From contig JAUCBJ010000063.1 in the NCBI GenBank assembly GCA_032718475.1, positions 1-32,609 on the forward strand: DNA of 32,609 nt, read 5' to 3'. Positions 1 to 11,098 of this stretch are shown in pieces (the stretch's first letter is position 1; each line of letters begins with the position of its first letter). A model generated the notes under the pieces. That model was not told where the DNA came from. It was given only the letters and a program-made list of their open reading frames with translations, and did no database searches. A program made the translations under genes and the position numbers. The DNA comes from Nemertoderma westbladi (Eukaryota; Animalia; Xenacoelomorpha).

Positions 1-1185
1 ATACCAGAGGAAGATCAAACAGCATTTTAAAGTAAGCTCACTCAGTAACAGCATCCATCTATAACATACGTTCCTACTTATCTCCAAGTTCACTATATAT
101 TTCCCTACGGTTTTAAAGACAATCATTTTTTATACTTATATTTTATTATATTTTACATAATTATTATGCATAATAGGATGTAACGGTACTGTTCGCACAG
201 CAACTATCCTTAAAGTACAATTCAACTGTTCAATTTCATTGTACCTGATATCACTGTACTGTACAGTATCATTATACTAAACAGTAGTTACTGTACTTTA
301 GTAAAATATAATGAATAATGAATGCCCCTCCCATTAATGTAAGCCTAGCAACACATTAAAAATATACGTAGCCCAAGCATAATAGTAGTACCTCACCAAG
401 CAAGAAAACAAATCCCCTGGCAATAAAAGCAATGGATCACAAACTGATAATAGCTATCTACTTCACAATTGCATCAATAATACAGTAGTATTAATCCATA
501 AAATCATCCACGGTAAATCATCTGGGAATCTATAATACTCCTAATACCGCCTTATGATGGCGGCATTCTCGTGAATTTTTGATTTTTTCAAAATCAATCG
601 CAAATCGTGTCTACCAAAATATAAATAATGAACCACAATGTGGCCTTCCATATCCCCCCTCAGTAATAGAGAATAGAAGTATTTTCACACGTTAAAACAT
701 TAATTTTATAGGTTAAGTCCGTGACTGGACAATTGCCCCCCGCACAATTGCCTCCGCGGAAATTGCCCCACGGACAATTCCCCATCAGAGACACTTATCC
801 ACCGGAAAATTACCCCCGATTAACATGGCAAAATGAATAATGTCGATCTTAAAACTATTTATTAAGTTTCTAGCTTGTTACAACAATAAAAATAAATTTT
901 ATATAGCTAATCCCCTTCCATATAATTTAAAAAAAAATTAATGTTTGGTTATTTATTTGCTCAATAATTCCGATATTTTAAAACTGAACTATTTCATTAC
1001 AATAAAAATAAAATCATAACGCACAGAATCCATTAAATTATGATATAAAAAAAGCCTTTGCTAGCATAAAGTCAATCAAATTCTTCTAGAAAAAAATCTT
1101 GGATATTATGAATAAAATGTTTACAAGTGGTGATCAAGATCAAGGTAATATTTGAACTGGAATTCCAGGAAACTGAAGGACACAG

Positions 1186-2371
1186 TACTACTACTACTAC
1201 TAAGTCGAGCGAACCCGGACAGTGGAAATGAGATCTTTCCAGGCTTCCCGATTCTCTATAGTTGTCGCAATTGCGTTTCTCCCAAGTTCAGTATCCCTTT
1301 CAAGTTGATCTATATATGTTATGGCCGGTCGTCCACGACTACGCTTTCCATGAGTTGGTTGCCAGAAAAGTAGATTTGGTATGACCTCGTCTTTACTTCG
1401 CCAGCAGTGCCCACTGAATCTTAATCTGCGTTCACGGAGGGTGGTTGATACAGGTAGTATTGTACCATAAAGCTCGGCGTTTGTCATGTGTTATCTCCAG
1501 CTGATGTTTAGGGCTGCCCTTAGTAGTCTTGTGTAGCAACCATCAATTCGTTGTTCAAGTGATTTAGTCATTGTCCAGGTCTCACCCCCGTATAAAAATA
1601 AACTTTCCACTGTGGCTCGAAATAACTTAGTCTTCAGGTGCCTGGAGAGATCTGATTTCCAGATGGTATCCATTTTTGATAGAGCTACCCAAGCCTTTGC
1701 TTTCCTAACTTCTATGTCCTTTTTGCTACTCTCTATCCATGATCCAAGGTACTGGAAGTCATCAACCTTCCTTAGTTGATTATTATCTATCAATGGTTGT
1801 CAAGTTTCCATCAACATTAAAGGTCATGAATTCGGTCTTGGTAGCATTTATATGCAATCCAACCTCCTTAGCAGCCCTCTCCACTTTATTTAGAAGAAGC
1901 TGTGCATCTGATAGCGTATTAGAGAGCAGTGTGATGTCATCCACAAAGTCGGTGTCTGTGACTGTAGTTGCCGGATATCTACTACTTCTGCGTTCTTGCA
2001 TCTGTTAAGCGTATTAGAGAGCAGTGTGATGTCATCCACAAAGTCGGTGTCTGTGACTGTAGTTGCCGGATATCTACTACTTCTGCGTTCTTGAAGTGTG
2101 AATCCCAGATCTTCACCCTTTGTGGCCGTCCTCATTGCGTAATCCAGCACAATTACAGTACAAATAGTAACGGTGCTAATGTGTCACCTTGCAGTACGCC
2201 AGCCAGGATTGAGAAAAACTCAGTATCACCATCTGGTGAAAGTACCTGTGCTTCTGTGTCACAATATAACAATCCAATGCCAGCAACAATTACTTCTGGT
2301 ATTCCATAAGCTCTTAGTATTTCAAGTATTTTACCTCTATGGATGGAGTCGAATGCCTTCTTGAAGTCCAC
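1186..2371 (-). mobile_element. 5'-truncated RTE-clade non-LTR retrotransposon (RT and C-terminal domain), frameshifted
   Basis: ORF pieces DFKKAFDSIHR, GVLQGDTLAPLLF, TDFVDD, GLHINATKT, FQYLGS, LYGGETW, RRLRFSGHCWR, GRP..TYIDQL. The stop codon TAG (1202-1200) runs directly into a (TAG)n tail at 1186-1202. Confidence 0.93.
1905..2093. repeat. ~95-bp internal tandem duplication inside the LINE copy
   Basis: 1905-1998 and 1999-2093 are near-identical (AGCGTATTAGAGAGCAG...CTGCGTTCTTG). The duplication is absent from the second LINE copy near 8490-8583. Confidence 0.95.
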
Positions 2372-2467
2372 TGACTACTGGCTACTGACCTAGAGCAAAA
2401 ACGGCTCTAACGATTTTAATGAAATTTTGCATGGACCATGAAAATAGATTTATATGGGTACTTGTGA

Positions 2468-2610
2468 AATCGCGGTTTAAATTGAAACATCTCACATTGA
2501 AATATATTTAAATCTGTTATAATAATATTATAATTGTTGTATTTAATTAATATCGTGTCTTACATTAAACAGTGTAAATTGTTAATCGCGGTTTACATTG
2601 AAACTTCTCA
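2468..2610. repeat. 27-bp imperfect direct repeat
   Basis: AATCGCGGTTTAAATTGAAACATCTCA (2468-2494) vs AATCGCGGTTTACATTGAAACTTCTCA (2584-2610). Confidence 0.8.
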
Positions 2611-2934
2611 GCTTGTTTTATTTGTTACAAAAATAAGAATGAATTTGTCTTACTTCTTGTGCGCGATTGTATTGAATTCATGACAACTGCTGTTATTATT
2701 ATATTAATCAATTGACACCAATTGACACAATTGACAATCAACCTTGTTAATGTTTACGGTTGTTGGTTGTTTGGTTTGTATGAATAGGATATCGGTGAGC
2801 AATTATCTGGGAGGCAATTGTCCGGGGGAAAAACGAGCAGAGGGGTGGGTCAGGTGGCAATTATCCATGGGCAATAGACCAGGGGGGGCAATTGTCCTAC
2901 TTCCGGTTAGGACAATATATTGCGTGACTTGATT

Positions 2935-3195
2935 TGCACACAGATATCCCCATTGGTCCCCAGATATCCTCTCCTTCGCTGAACTCAAAACTGCAGAAAG
3001 GATCATCGAGACCAATCGTGCCAGTAGAGTAGATGGCGTGCCCCCTGCATTCCTGAGTGTTTGGAGCTCATTCACCCCATTCCCATTAATATGCCCCTGT
3101 ATAAGACAAAGATAGCCCTCAAAAAATGAAAACAAATAAGTTGGTCCCTGTCCCAAAGAAAGGCTACCTAATAACCTATGGATGGATCTTTTGGT
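2935..3195 (+). pseudogene. Old RTE-like LINE fragment (region just upstream of RT core)
   Basis: Manual translation gives LSFAELKTAERIIETNRASRVDGVPPAFL and LVPVPKKGYL. These parallel 'NNKASGLDEIPAE' and 'PLPKKGDL' in the younger copy at 8811-9197. Confidence 0.6.
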
Positions 3196-3910
3196 GGAAT
3201 CTCGATTGATATTGAGAGTTGGAAGGCATGAGGATGGTAAGGTGTCCCCAGCGAAAATTATAATAGTATGAAACCACTTATTTATAGGTTGCCAATATAT
3301 ACATGTATCCCAATAACAATAAACAATTTATTGATTAAATCAAATAAATATTACCGCCAGTCCTTATGAGTTACGACGCTGTTTATTGGCTTATGACGCG
3401 GCATAATAAATCTACCTCCCAGCATTATACATTAGCTGTGACATACTGTAAAGTAAGTTAGTGACCAAAGCTAGCAATTAATATAGTTGATGGACAGGTG
3501 AAAACACTACTAATTAATATCAGTATTCTCCCTGCAGCTGTACTATACCGGTACCAACTTTTAGCGAGCCAGTGTAGGCCTACCAATACTATAGTGGCTA
3601 GTGTAGGGGGTGCGCCGGTGCGTGTAAATGTATTGTGCGAACTCTTAGTAAATACAGGGTTCCTAATTTTGGGCGAATTAATTATGTATGTATTATTACG
3701 TAATAATACATACATAAAAAATACATATAAGTAAAGTTTTTTATTCCAAAATTGTAACATTAATCAACGCCGTTAGTATCAACAGCGAGTTGTTATTTAG
3801 CACTTAACAACTTTAGAGGACATTACAGCATTGTATTTGTATTGGCCTGTACATTTAGTATTGTATTTGGTGTTATTGTTTACGTGACGACGCATGACGA
3901 CGTTAAGTAA

Positions 3911-4819
3911 TTTTCCTGCATTGATCACTATAGCAAAGGTTTTATCAGAGACTTACAACCCACAAACTACAAAAAAATATAGAATCAGGACATTTAGCCT
4001 AAAATTAGTACAAAGCCACTATGGCCATCAAAATTAAACAAACATAAAATATAAAATAAACAAAAACTAAGTCTCTGATAAAACCTTTGCTATAGTGATC
4101 AATGCAGGAAAACCCCAAAGTCAGTAATGTTGGTTAATTACGTTTAATGTATGAGTGTATAGAGCAATCTGCAACATTACTGCATTGTGTTTAAAATCTA
4201 TTAATGTTTTTACTGTTTGCGTATGCCCTGGCGACCTCACAGTATTGATGCACCGTGGGTATTGGGTCCATGGGTATTACTGATTTATCAACAGTGTGGG
4301 TTCAAAGTTCTAAGGTCAGATGTCTGTGGGGATAATTGGTAACTGAGTTGATTGGTGCGATTAACTAGGTCGTGGGTGCAGTATAGATAGGTACTGGCTA
4401 ATTCTTTTACCCAGCTGATGAGGTGTCGGAGATTAGCAGTCTCTGTGGTCTTCAGACACCGAAACGCAACCATATTTTCGATAAATTAATTATTTTTTGC
4501 TTTTGCTCCATTTCTTTTTTGCGGCGGCAAAATGCCATATATTTTCTTACATAATATAGGCTTAGTTATGTGCAGTAAACTACCGGTATCATTTAGTGTA
4601 AGATGGGTAGGATTAAGGTGGGGTTGTGAAACACACCTGTGTGTTGAGCAGTTTATTATGTTTGGTTTTTTGTTTTTGTTTATTTTATAATGTATGTTTG
4701 TTTGATTTTGATGGCCATAGTGGCTTTGTACTAATTTTAGGCTAAATGTCCTGATTCTATATTTTTTTGTAGTTTGTGGGGTGTAAGTCTCTGATAAAAC
4801 CTTTGTTATAGTGATCAAT
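3911..4819. repeat. Nested inverted repeats: perfect 45-bp IR (3911-3955 / 4068-4112) plus ~148-bp IR (3920-4067 / ~4672-4819)
   Basis: TTTTCCTGCATTGATCACTATAGCAAAGGTTTTATCAGAGACTTA has its exact reverse complement at 4068-4112. 4672-4819 is the reverse complement of 3920-4067 with few mismatches. Confidence 0.93.
4391..4465 (+). ncRNA. Hammerhead ribozyme motif, type III topology, stem III decayed
   Basis: GTA triplet 4391-4393; stem I CTGG(C)TAA/TTA(C)CCAG 4394-4414; core CTGATGA 4415-4421; stem II GGTGTC 4422-4427 / GACACC 4455-4460 with extended hairpin; GAAAC 4461-4465. Confidence 0.72.
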
Positions 4820-6189
4820 ATTGACTTCAAAGCTGTTTTATTGACTCTGTCACCAATCGGTTATTCCGTTGCTTCCCACATATTGAACACAAAATAATTG
4901 TAGATTGTCCTCCCAAATAATGTTCTTACAGAGATCGTGTTCTTCTCATGCGTTAAATTCCATCGTCATATACAAATATATCCGAGAAAAGCTACTCGTG
5001 TGCGCATTAATAAAATTCGAGCAGTTTTTAGTTTTGCAATTGTTCATCTGTTTTTAACATTTTTTGGAAAAAACAGTGCTTTTTTGAAAACTTTAAAATT
5101 ATTTTGAAAAATAGCGGTATTTTCCTTTAAAAGTACGAAACAATAATTCTGCTGGAATTTTTTTAACGTAATCGGCCATGCTGATTAAAAAAAAACAGGT
5201 TACATCTTCTGAAAATAAAGCATAACAAAGGAGATAGATTTTACGTCAAAAAAAGAAATTTTGGCTTTGGCCGCTAAGGGGCGTCAAAAATTAGATTTTA
5301 TTTGAAAATATTACAATTCAATATAGTCCACCCAAAATGTATCTTACATCAGTATGCATTAGCACGATACAGTGCAGTTTGTGCAACTTCACCTATATGT
5401 ATATATGTTTCTTTTTAATAAATAAAATCTGTCTACGAATTTTAAAAATAATGACTTTAGAATAATAATCATAATGATTTTAATTAATTATGATTTTAGA
5501 ATGGATTTTGTACATCGCGTTATTCTAATTAATGTTACAAGTTGTAATGTGCAGTCGTTAGTAACAGGTTAGTGGTGGCGCTTTCTATTAATACATGAAA
5601 CTTGACTTCATAATTATGTATTTGCGACCAGTATTGACCAGACCAGTAAATGCGCTGGTGTGGAGATTCTTGTCATTTGCTGGGAACTTGTGCAACCGGG
5701 TGTGTATGTATGAATATTATTCTATTAGCGGTTTTCACTAAAATCACAACATACCGTCACAAATCTGTCTTTAGGGCCACATGAGGCCATCGCAGTAACG
5801 TTCCATGTATTCTTGGAAAAACGCATGAGAAATGTCATCGCTAATGGTTGATTTAAACTTATGACTGACGGTTTAGATTGAAGATGTTATAAGCTTTACA
5901 TTACAATTCCTATTCTTCAAAACAATAAACAATCCTGTTTTACGACCTCAGTTGTCATTTCCTTCCCATCGATTGTTAGTATTCGGCCAATGGATGTTGA
6001 GAAAGCAGGTGTTCGGGAGCAGGGCGGAAATTTGTGCTAGTCATGGTACCGTTACTCGTACACTACGCACTCAACTCATTGATTTATTCGAATGTGAAGG
6101 ACGGCATATATATATATTTATTGAGAATATCAGATAATTATGCACATCACATACTCAAATTATCAAGATGAATTTAATTTAAGTTGATC

Positions 6190-6705
6190 TCGATAGCTGC
6201 AAAGCTATACAATAGTTATTTTAAATCGCATGGATCCCATTAAGAGACTGCTACGTGAAAAATCAGAATGGGTTCTGTAAAAGTCGTGGGACCATGGAGC
6301 CCATTTTGGAATTTAGAAAGATAATTGATAAAAGATAGACAGACATCTGACTGTTATCATCTTATGTTCTTCTTGTTAGCATCTTCAAGGCCTTCAATTC
6401 AGTCTCCCGCTCACGTATTTCATTATGTTGGATTCTTGATGAAATTATTGCAGCAATCGGACAGCAATGTGTCTACTGTAGATCCATTCGAAGTGCTATG
6501 GGCGGGGAGTCCTCCAGTGTGACACACTTGCTCCATTCTTATTCATAATTGTGGGTGAGTATGTTCTACGCATGTCCTTAGATCACCATAATGACGATGT
6601 GGTGATGATAACACCACCTACTGGCTCCAGAAGTCAAGGAAATCCAGCCAAGTACCTAACTGATCTAGACTTTGGTGATGGCTTAGGAGTATTCTCAGAA
6701 TCAAT
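6190..6705 (+). pseudogene. Old degenerate RTE-like RT fragment
   Basis: IAAKLYN, NQNGF, FKAFNSVSR, GVLQ.DTLAPFLFIIV, and YVLRMSL...RSQGNPAKYLTDLDFGD (ORF 6551-6775), colinear with RTE RT motifs. Confidence 0.8.
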
Positions 6706-7480
6706 ATGTTATCTGCCAAGCAAATGTAGATATCGCTGTGGTTGGTCTATTCCAGGATTTCTCCGACCTAGTTAGCGACGAAGGCGTGGAATTTACATTT
6801 AGTTGAGTGGAACCACTGCAAACCCATGGTAGAGCCAGTCCAATAGGAACAGTTCTTTAAGGGGATCGTTAGCTCAGTTTTAATCGTGTGCATTAGCCAG
6901 ACGGCGAGCACGGTGCCACTCAACTCGAGGCACAGAATAGACTAGACAGCGGGCAAACCAGACATACCTTGATGCGGGACAGAGCGAAGGAAGCCGCGAT
7001 GGATCCGTCCCACTATACATATCGGATGTAAGCGACTGACCCATAGCCAGCCTCAGGCGCATCTGCAAATACATGTAGCTGGGTGGAACTCCCGATGGGG
7101 TGGGCCATGTGATAGCAGCGAGAGATGGCAACAATAGCGAGGGAGGCGAGGCTATTTAGCCACAGTTTCCAGCATTCTAGAACGCCCGTGGATATCTGCT
7201 CGTCCCAGCCGATATCCTGGCACCACAGTTCCTGCTAATCAGTTTGCCAGTCAACAGGAGTGGGGCGAGGACACCCAACGGATCGAACACCGAAGCGATC
7301 TGGCATAGGACGTTCCGTTTTGTAGAGTCCCAGTTCAGCATGTCAGTTTAGAAACCGAACTTGTCGCACTCGCAGTCCCACTTTACTCCAAGGGCTCTCT
7401 CAACCAGTAGACTCTCCATGGATAGATCGAAGAATGGGCGAGATAGCGATGTTAGTGCGATGGATGAGAGGACTGTTTTA
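6706..7480 (-). mobile_element. BEL/Pao LTR-retrotransposon pol fragment (RT C-term / Pao domain / RNase H)
   Basis: ERALGVKWDCECDKFGF, TKRNVLCQIASVFDPLGVLAP, LHVFADAPEAGYGSVAYIR, SVPRVE and VAN*VGEILE, in the order typical of BEL/Pao. Confidence 0.88.
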
Positions 7481-7907
7481 ATCCGACCAGAAGGCATCCG
7501 TATGAAGTACTTCCATTTGGGGTTTGACGCTACAATGACCCCATTGCTGTACCAACGCTTTGGTTCTGGACCCGCACAGGGATCCCTACCATTAGGGGGG
7601 TAGGGGCTCTGCACCACGATTGTAGGTCGCCGCCTGTGACTCGAGGAGCGAGGGCACTGCCTGTTCGAGCTCATTGCGAGTCATTTGGTTGTTGGCGAGG
7701 AAAGCCCGGCTATGTTTTGGTACATGAGTGCGTATCAGGTGGCCAAACAGGACCTGGTCCAGCGACTTTCCATGGGCATGGGGGGTAGTTGTGGAGTTTC
7801 AGGAGCCCCCCCTGGAAGGACGGTTAGTCCAGTGTCCCAACAGTCTTAGTGAGTATCACCTTGAGTGCTTTTACAGTGGACTCTGTGAGGCCATTACTCT
7901 GGAGTAT
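7481..7907 (-). mobile_element. Gypsy-type integrase C-terminal fragment
   Basis: QSNGLTESTVKALKVIL...GLLKLHNYP...SLDQVLFGHLIRT...KRWYSNGVIV...YFIRMPSGR matches the Gypsy IN pattern PQSNGxAE...YRNTP...SPAxLLFG...W..G.V. Confidence 0.8.
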
Positions 7908-10885
7908 TCTGTATATGTTATGGCCAGTTGTCCACGACTACGCTTTCCATGAGTTGGTTGCCAGAGAAGTAGATCTGGTATGTCCTCTTATTTACTTCGC
8001 CAGCAGTGCCCACTGAATCTTAAACTGTGTTCACGGAGGGTGGTTGATACAAGTGGTATTGTACCATAAAGCTCGGCGTTTGTCATGTGTTGTCTCCAGC
8101 TGATGTTTAGGGCTGCCCGTAGTAGTCTTGTGTCGCAATCATCAATTCATTGTTCAAGTGATTTAGTCAGTGTCCAGGTCTCACCCCCGTATAAAAAATA
8201 CATTCCACTGTGGCTCGAAAGAACTTAGTCTTCAGGTGCCTGAAGAGATCTGATTTCCAGATGGTATCCATTTTTGATAGAGCTACCCAAGCCTTTGCTT
8301 TCCTAACTTCTATGTCCTTTTTGCTACTCTCTATCCAGTACTGGAAGTCGTCAACCTTCCTTAGTTGATTATTATCAATGGTTGTCAAGTTTCCATCAAC
8401 ATTAAAGGTCATGAATTCGGTCTTGGTAGCATTTATATGCAATCCAACCTCCTTAGCAGCCCTCTCCACTTTATTTAGTAGTACCTGTGCATCTGCTAGC
8501 ATATTAGAGAGCAGGGCGATGTCATACGCAAAGTTGGTGTCTGTGACTGTAGTTGCGAGATATCTACTACTTCTGCATTCTTGAAGTGTGAATCCCAGAT
8601 CTTCACCGTTTGTGGCCGTCCTCATTGCATAATCCAGCACAAGTACAAATAGTAATGGTGCTAATGTGTCACCTTGCAGTACGCCAGCCAGGATTGAGAA
8701 AAACTCAGTTTTACCAACCATTTGGTGAGAGTATTTGCGCTTCTGTGTCACAATATACCAATCCAATGCCAGCAACAGTTACTTCTGGTATTCCATAAGC
8801 TTTTAGGATTTTAGGATTTTTTTTTTTTTTTTATTCTTTTACTTAATTCCTTCAGTCTCCGTAGTGCAAGTATCTGAGCTATTGTTGATCTACTTGGTCG
8901 AAATCCGTTTTGGCTCTTACGCAGTATTTTCTCTATATGAGGCCTAATCCTATATAGAAACATTTTATTGTATATTTTGGCAGCTACCACAAGCAGACAG
9001 ATCCCACGATAGTTTGTTGGTATGCCGAGGTCTCCTTTCTTGGGGAGAGGCTTTAGTTGACCTTTAGTCCAAATTGGTGGTGGCTTTTCCCCTTTTAACA
9101 TCCGGTTGCAAACATTCAATAATGGTCTGTTTAGCACTCCGGTTTTCCATACCTCCGCAGGGATTTCATCTAATCCACTCGCTTTATTATTGGACATGCT
9201 TTTAATGCTTCTTTGGAGTTCGACAGGTGTGAAGTCCCCTGTTTCTATAGGTAGTGTCTTGTCTTATATTTTCCTTGTAGGGCTGTCCTCGATGTTTGGT
9301 GGCTGCCCAAGCTAGTTGCTGAAGTGTTTTTTCCACTTCCCAACATGTTCTTCAGGACTATCGGCTTTGAGTCGCCCCTTTGCACAACTTTTCCGACCAG
9401 ATACCTCAGGTAAATCTTGATTGTTGCTGTATGTGAGCAGTTGAAATTGCTTCAATTTTACCCTGTATGTACTTTTCCTGGCTGATGTTGTAGGCCAATT
9501 TAAGATCATCCTTAGCTTTCTCAACCTTTTCGGTTGTTGGCTGTTCGGTTTTAACTTTGTAGGCTATCTTAAGATCTTCTCTCTTACAACTAACCTCCGA
9601 GTTTTGCCATGGCACATACTGTTTTCGTTTGGGTTTCTGGGGGATATGCCTCTTAGCTGATTCCTTGTGGGCTATTATTTTATTCTGGTATATTGAATCG
9701 GTGGACTGGTCTTCATCCATTGACTGAAGTGCTTCAAAGCGGTTTTGAACTTCTACTGTGTAAGCATCCTTTACAGCATTGTCAGTTCTGAGTTTCTCCC
9801 AGTCATAGTTGATTTGCTTGCTTGTCCTGGGTTTGCTGGCTCTCAAACTGAGTCTGATCTCTGCAGTCACAATTCTGTGGTCCGAACCAATTAGGTTTAA
9901 TGAGCTGTATGCCTCACAGTTGGTCATGCTGTTTCTCCACTTTTTGTTTATGTAATCCAGTTGTGCTTTGGTTCCATTAGGGTATTGAAAGGTCTAAAGC
10001 TTCCCCTTACTCTTTTCGAATGTGTTGTTTGTTGGTATCAATTCACATTCTTCCATTAGGTCTAAAAGTAAGTACCCATTTCTGTTAGAACTGGTGTTAT
10101 AGGTGTAACCCTTGATGTCTTCTGGGCCAATTTGCGCATTCAGGTGACCAGCAATGACTTTAACATAGTGTTTCGGAATGTCCTTTATAAGTCCAGTCAG
10201 ATCTTCATAAAACTTGACTGCTTGTTCTGGCTCTGAGGCATTGGTTGGACTGTAGCAACATATAACTGTTGCCTTGGGATTCCCATCAAATGTTGTGATC
10301 ATAACCCTGGAATTTATAGATTCGATGATGTTTAGGGTCTTACATGCAAATGGGCTTAGCAGAATTCCTACTCCACCAATTGATGCATTGGCCGAGTTTC
10401 TTACTGCTGAGCTTGTTACTAACGTCCATCCATTTCCAATGTCATTGTACTTCATGGCAGTGTCTTCATGACAAATCCAATGTTCTTGGATGCAGATGAT
10501 GTCGATGTTATATTCCATTGCCAGAGCGACCATGTCACCCTGTTTAGTATGTGCTTTCAGCGTGCATACATTCATTGTAGCAATCTTGAGTGTCTTTTTA
10601 CATTTCAACAGGTTGGTTCTTCTTTCTTCTCTGTCTTCTGTTCCAGTAGCCAATTTATCGACCACAACAGCCTGGTGTACCACTGATTGACGCGGTCCTT
10701 GTTGACCCGGGTGACGACCGAGCCCATATTTCTCCTGGAGGGTTCTCATACTCATATCTTTCAGTTGCGAGAGTAAACCGCTTGTGGTCGAAACTCCTAC
10801 AAGCGACTTCGCAGTAGGTCGCTGTTGGTTGATTACCTTCCACCAACCTTGTCAGCAGGATTAAAAAATGCCCACCTAAAGACAC
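7908..10885 (-). mobile_element. Near full-length RTE-clade LINE (APE endonuclease + RT), inactivated, 3' end missing
   Basis: APE motifs IATMNV, ICIQEH, GGVGILL, YSPTN, GHLNAQIG, NRNG, SDH (ORFs 9994-10755, 9406-9927). RT motifs PKKGD..NYRGI, QNGFR, GVLQGDTLAP (8811-9197, 8167-8775). Closely similar to the copy at 1186-2371 but lacks the equivalent of its last ~125 bp. Confidence 0.95.
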
Positions 10886-11098
10886 CTATAAACTAAAATT
10901 CTAACTTTTCCTATCAGCATTATTGAATGTTAACTTACAACCCCAGCCCTTTCGTTTTTATTGGATAATTTAATTATCCTTACTATAAGCTACAAGGTGC
11001 AGTAATGGTTGGTTGATGGTATTTCTATGTGAAAAGACCGATAATAGAACTGTTGCTTTAAAGCAACAAGTGCAATATGGGACCAGAGAGGGCCAAAA

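Larger units (their letters stand above)
719..2906. mobile_element. Degenerate DNA transposon (MULE-like) with arrays of GGACAATTGCCCC-type subterminal repeats; hosts a LINE insertion
   Basis: Left end 719-820 has ~6 degenerate 'GGACAATTGCCCC' units. Right end 2791-2906 has the inverted units, ending GGGGGGCAATTGTCCTACTTCCGG. Minus-strand 900-1180 shows stop-riddled traces (PSVSWN; HHL*TFYS*YPRFF; YGRGLA) reminiscent of MULE transposase C-termini. No clean TSD. Confidence 0.55.

Noticed and set aside
4112-4400. GIY-YIG endonuclease remnant of a Penelope element
   Set aside because: Only vague similarity by eye, and on the strand opposite to the hammerhead.
6686-7910. GGAGTATTCT at 6686 and 7901 as a TSD
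   Set aside because: Both copies lie inside coding remnants and do not match the junctions; probably chance.
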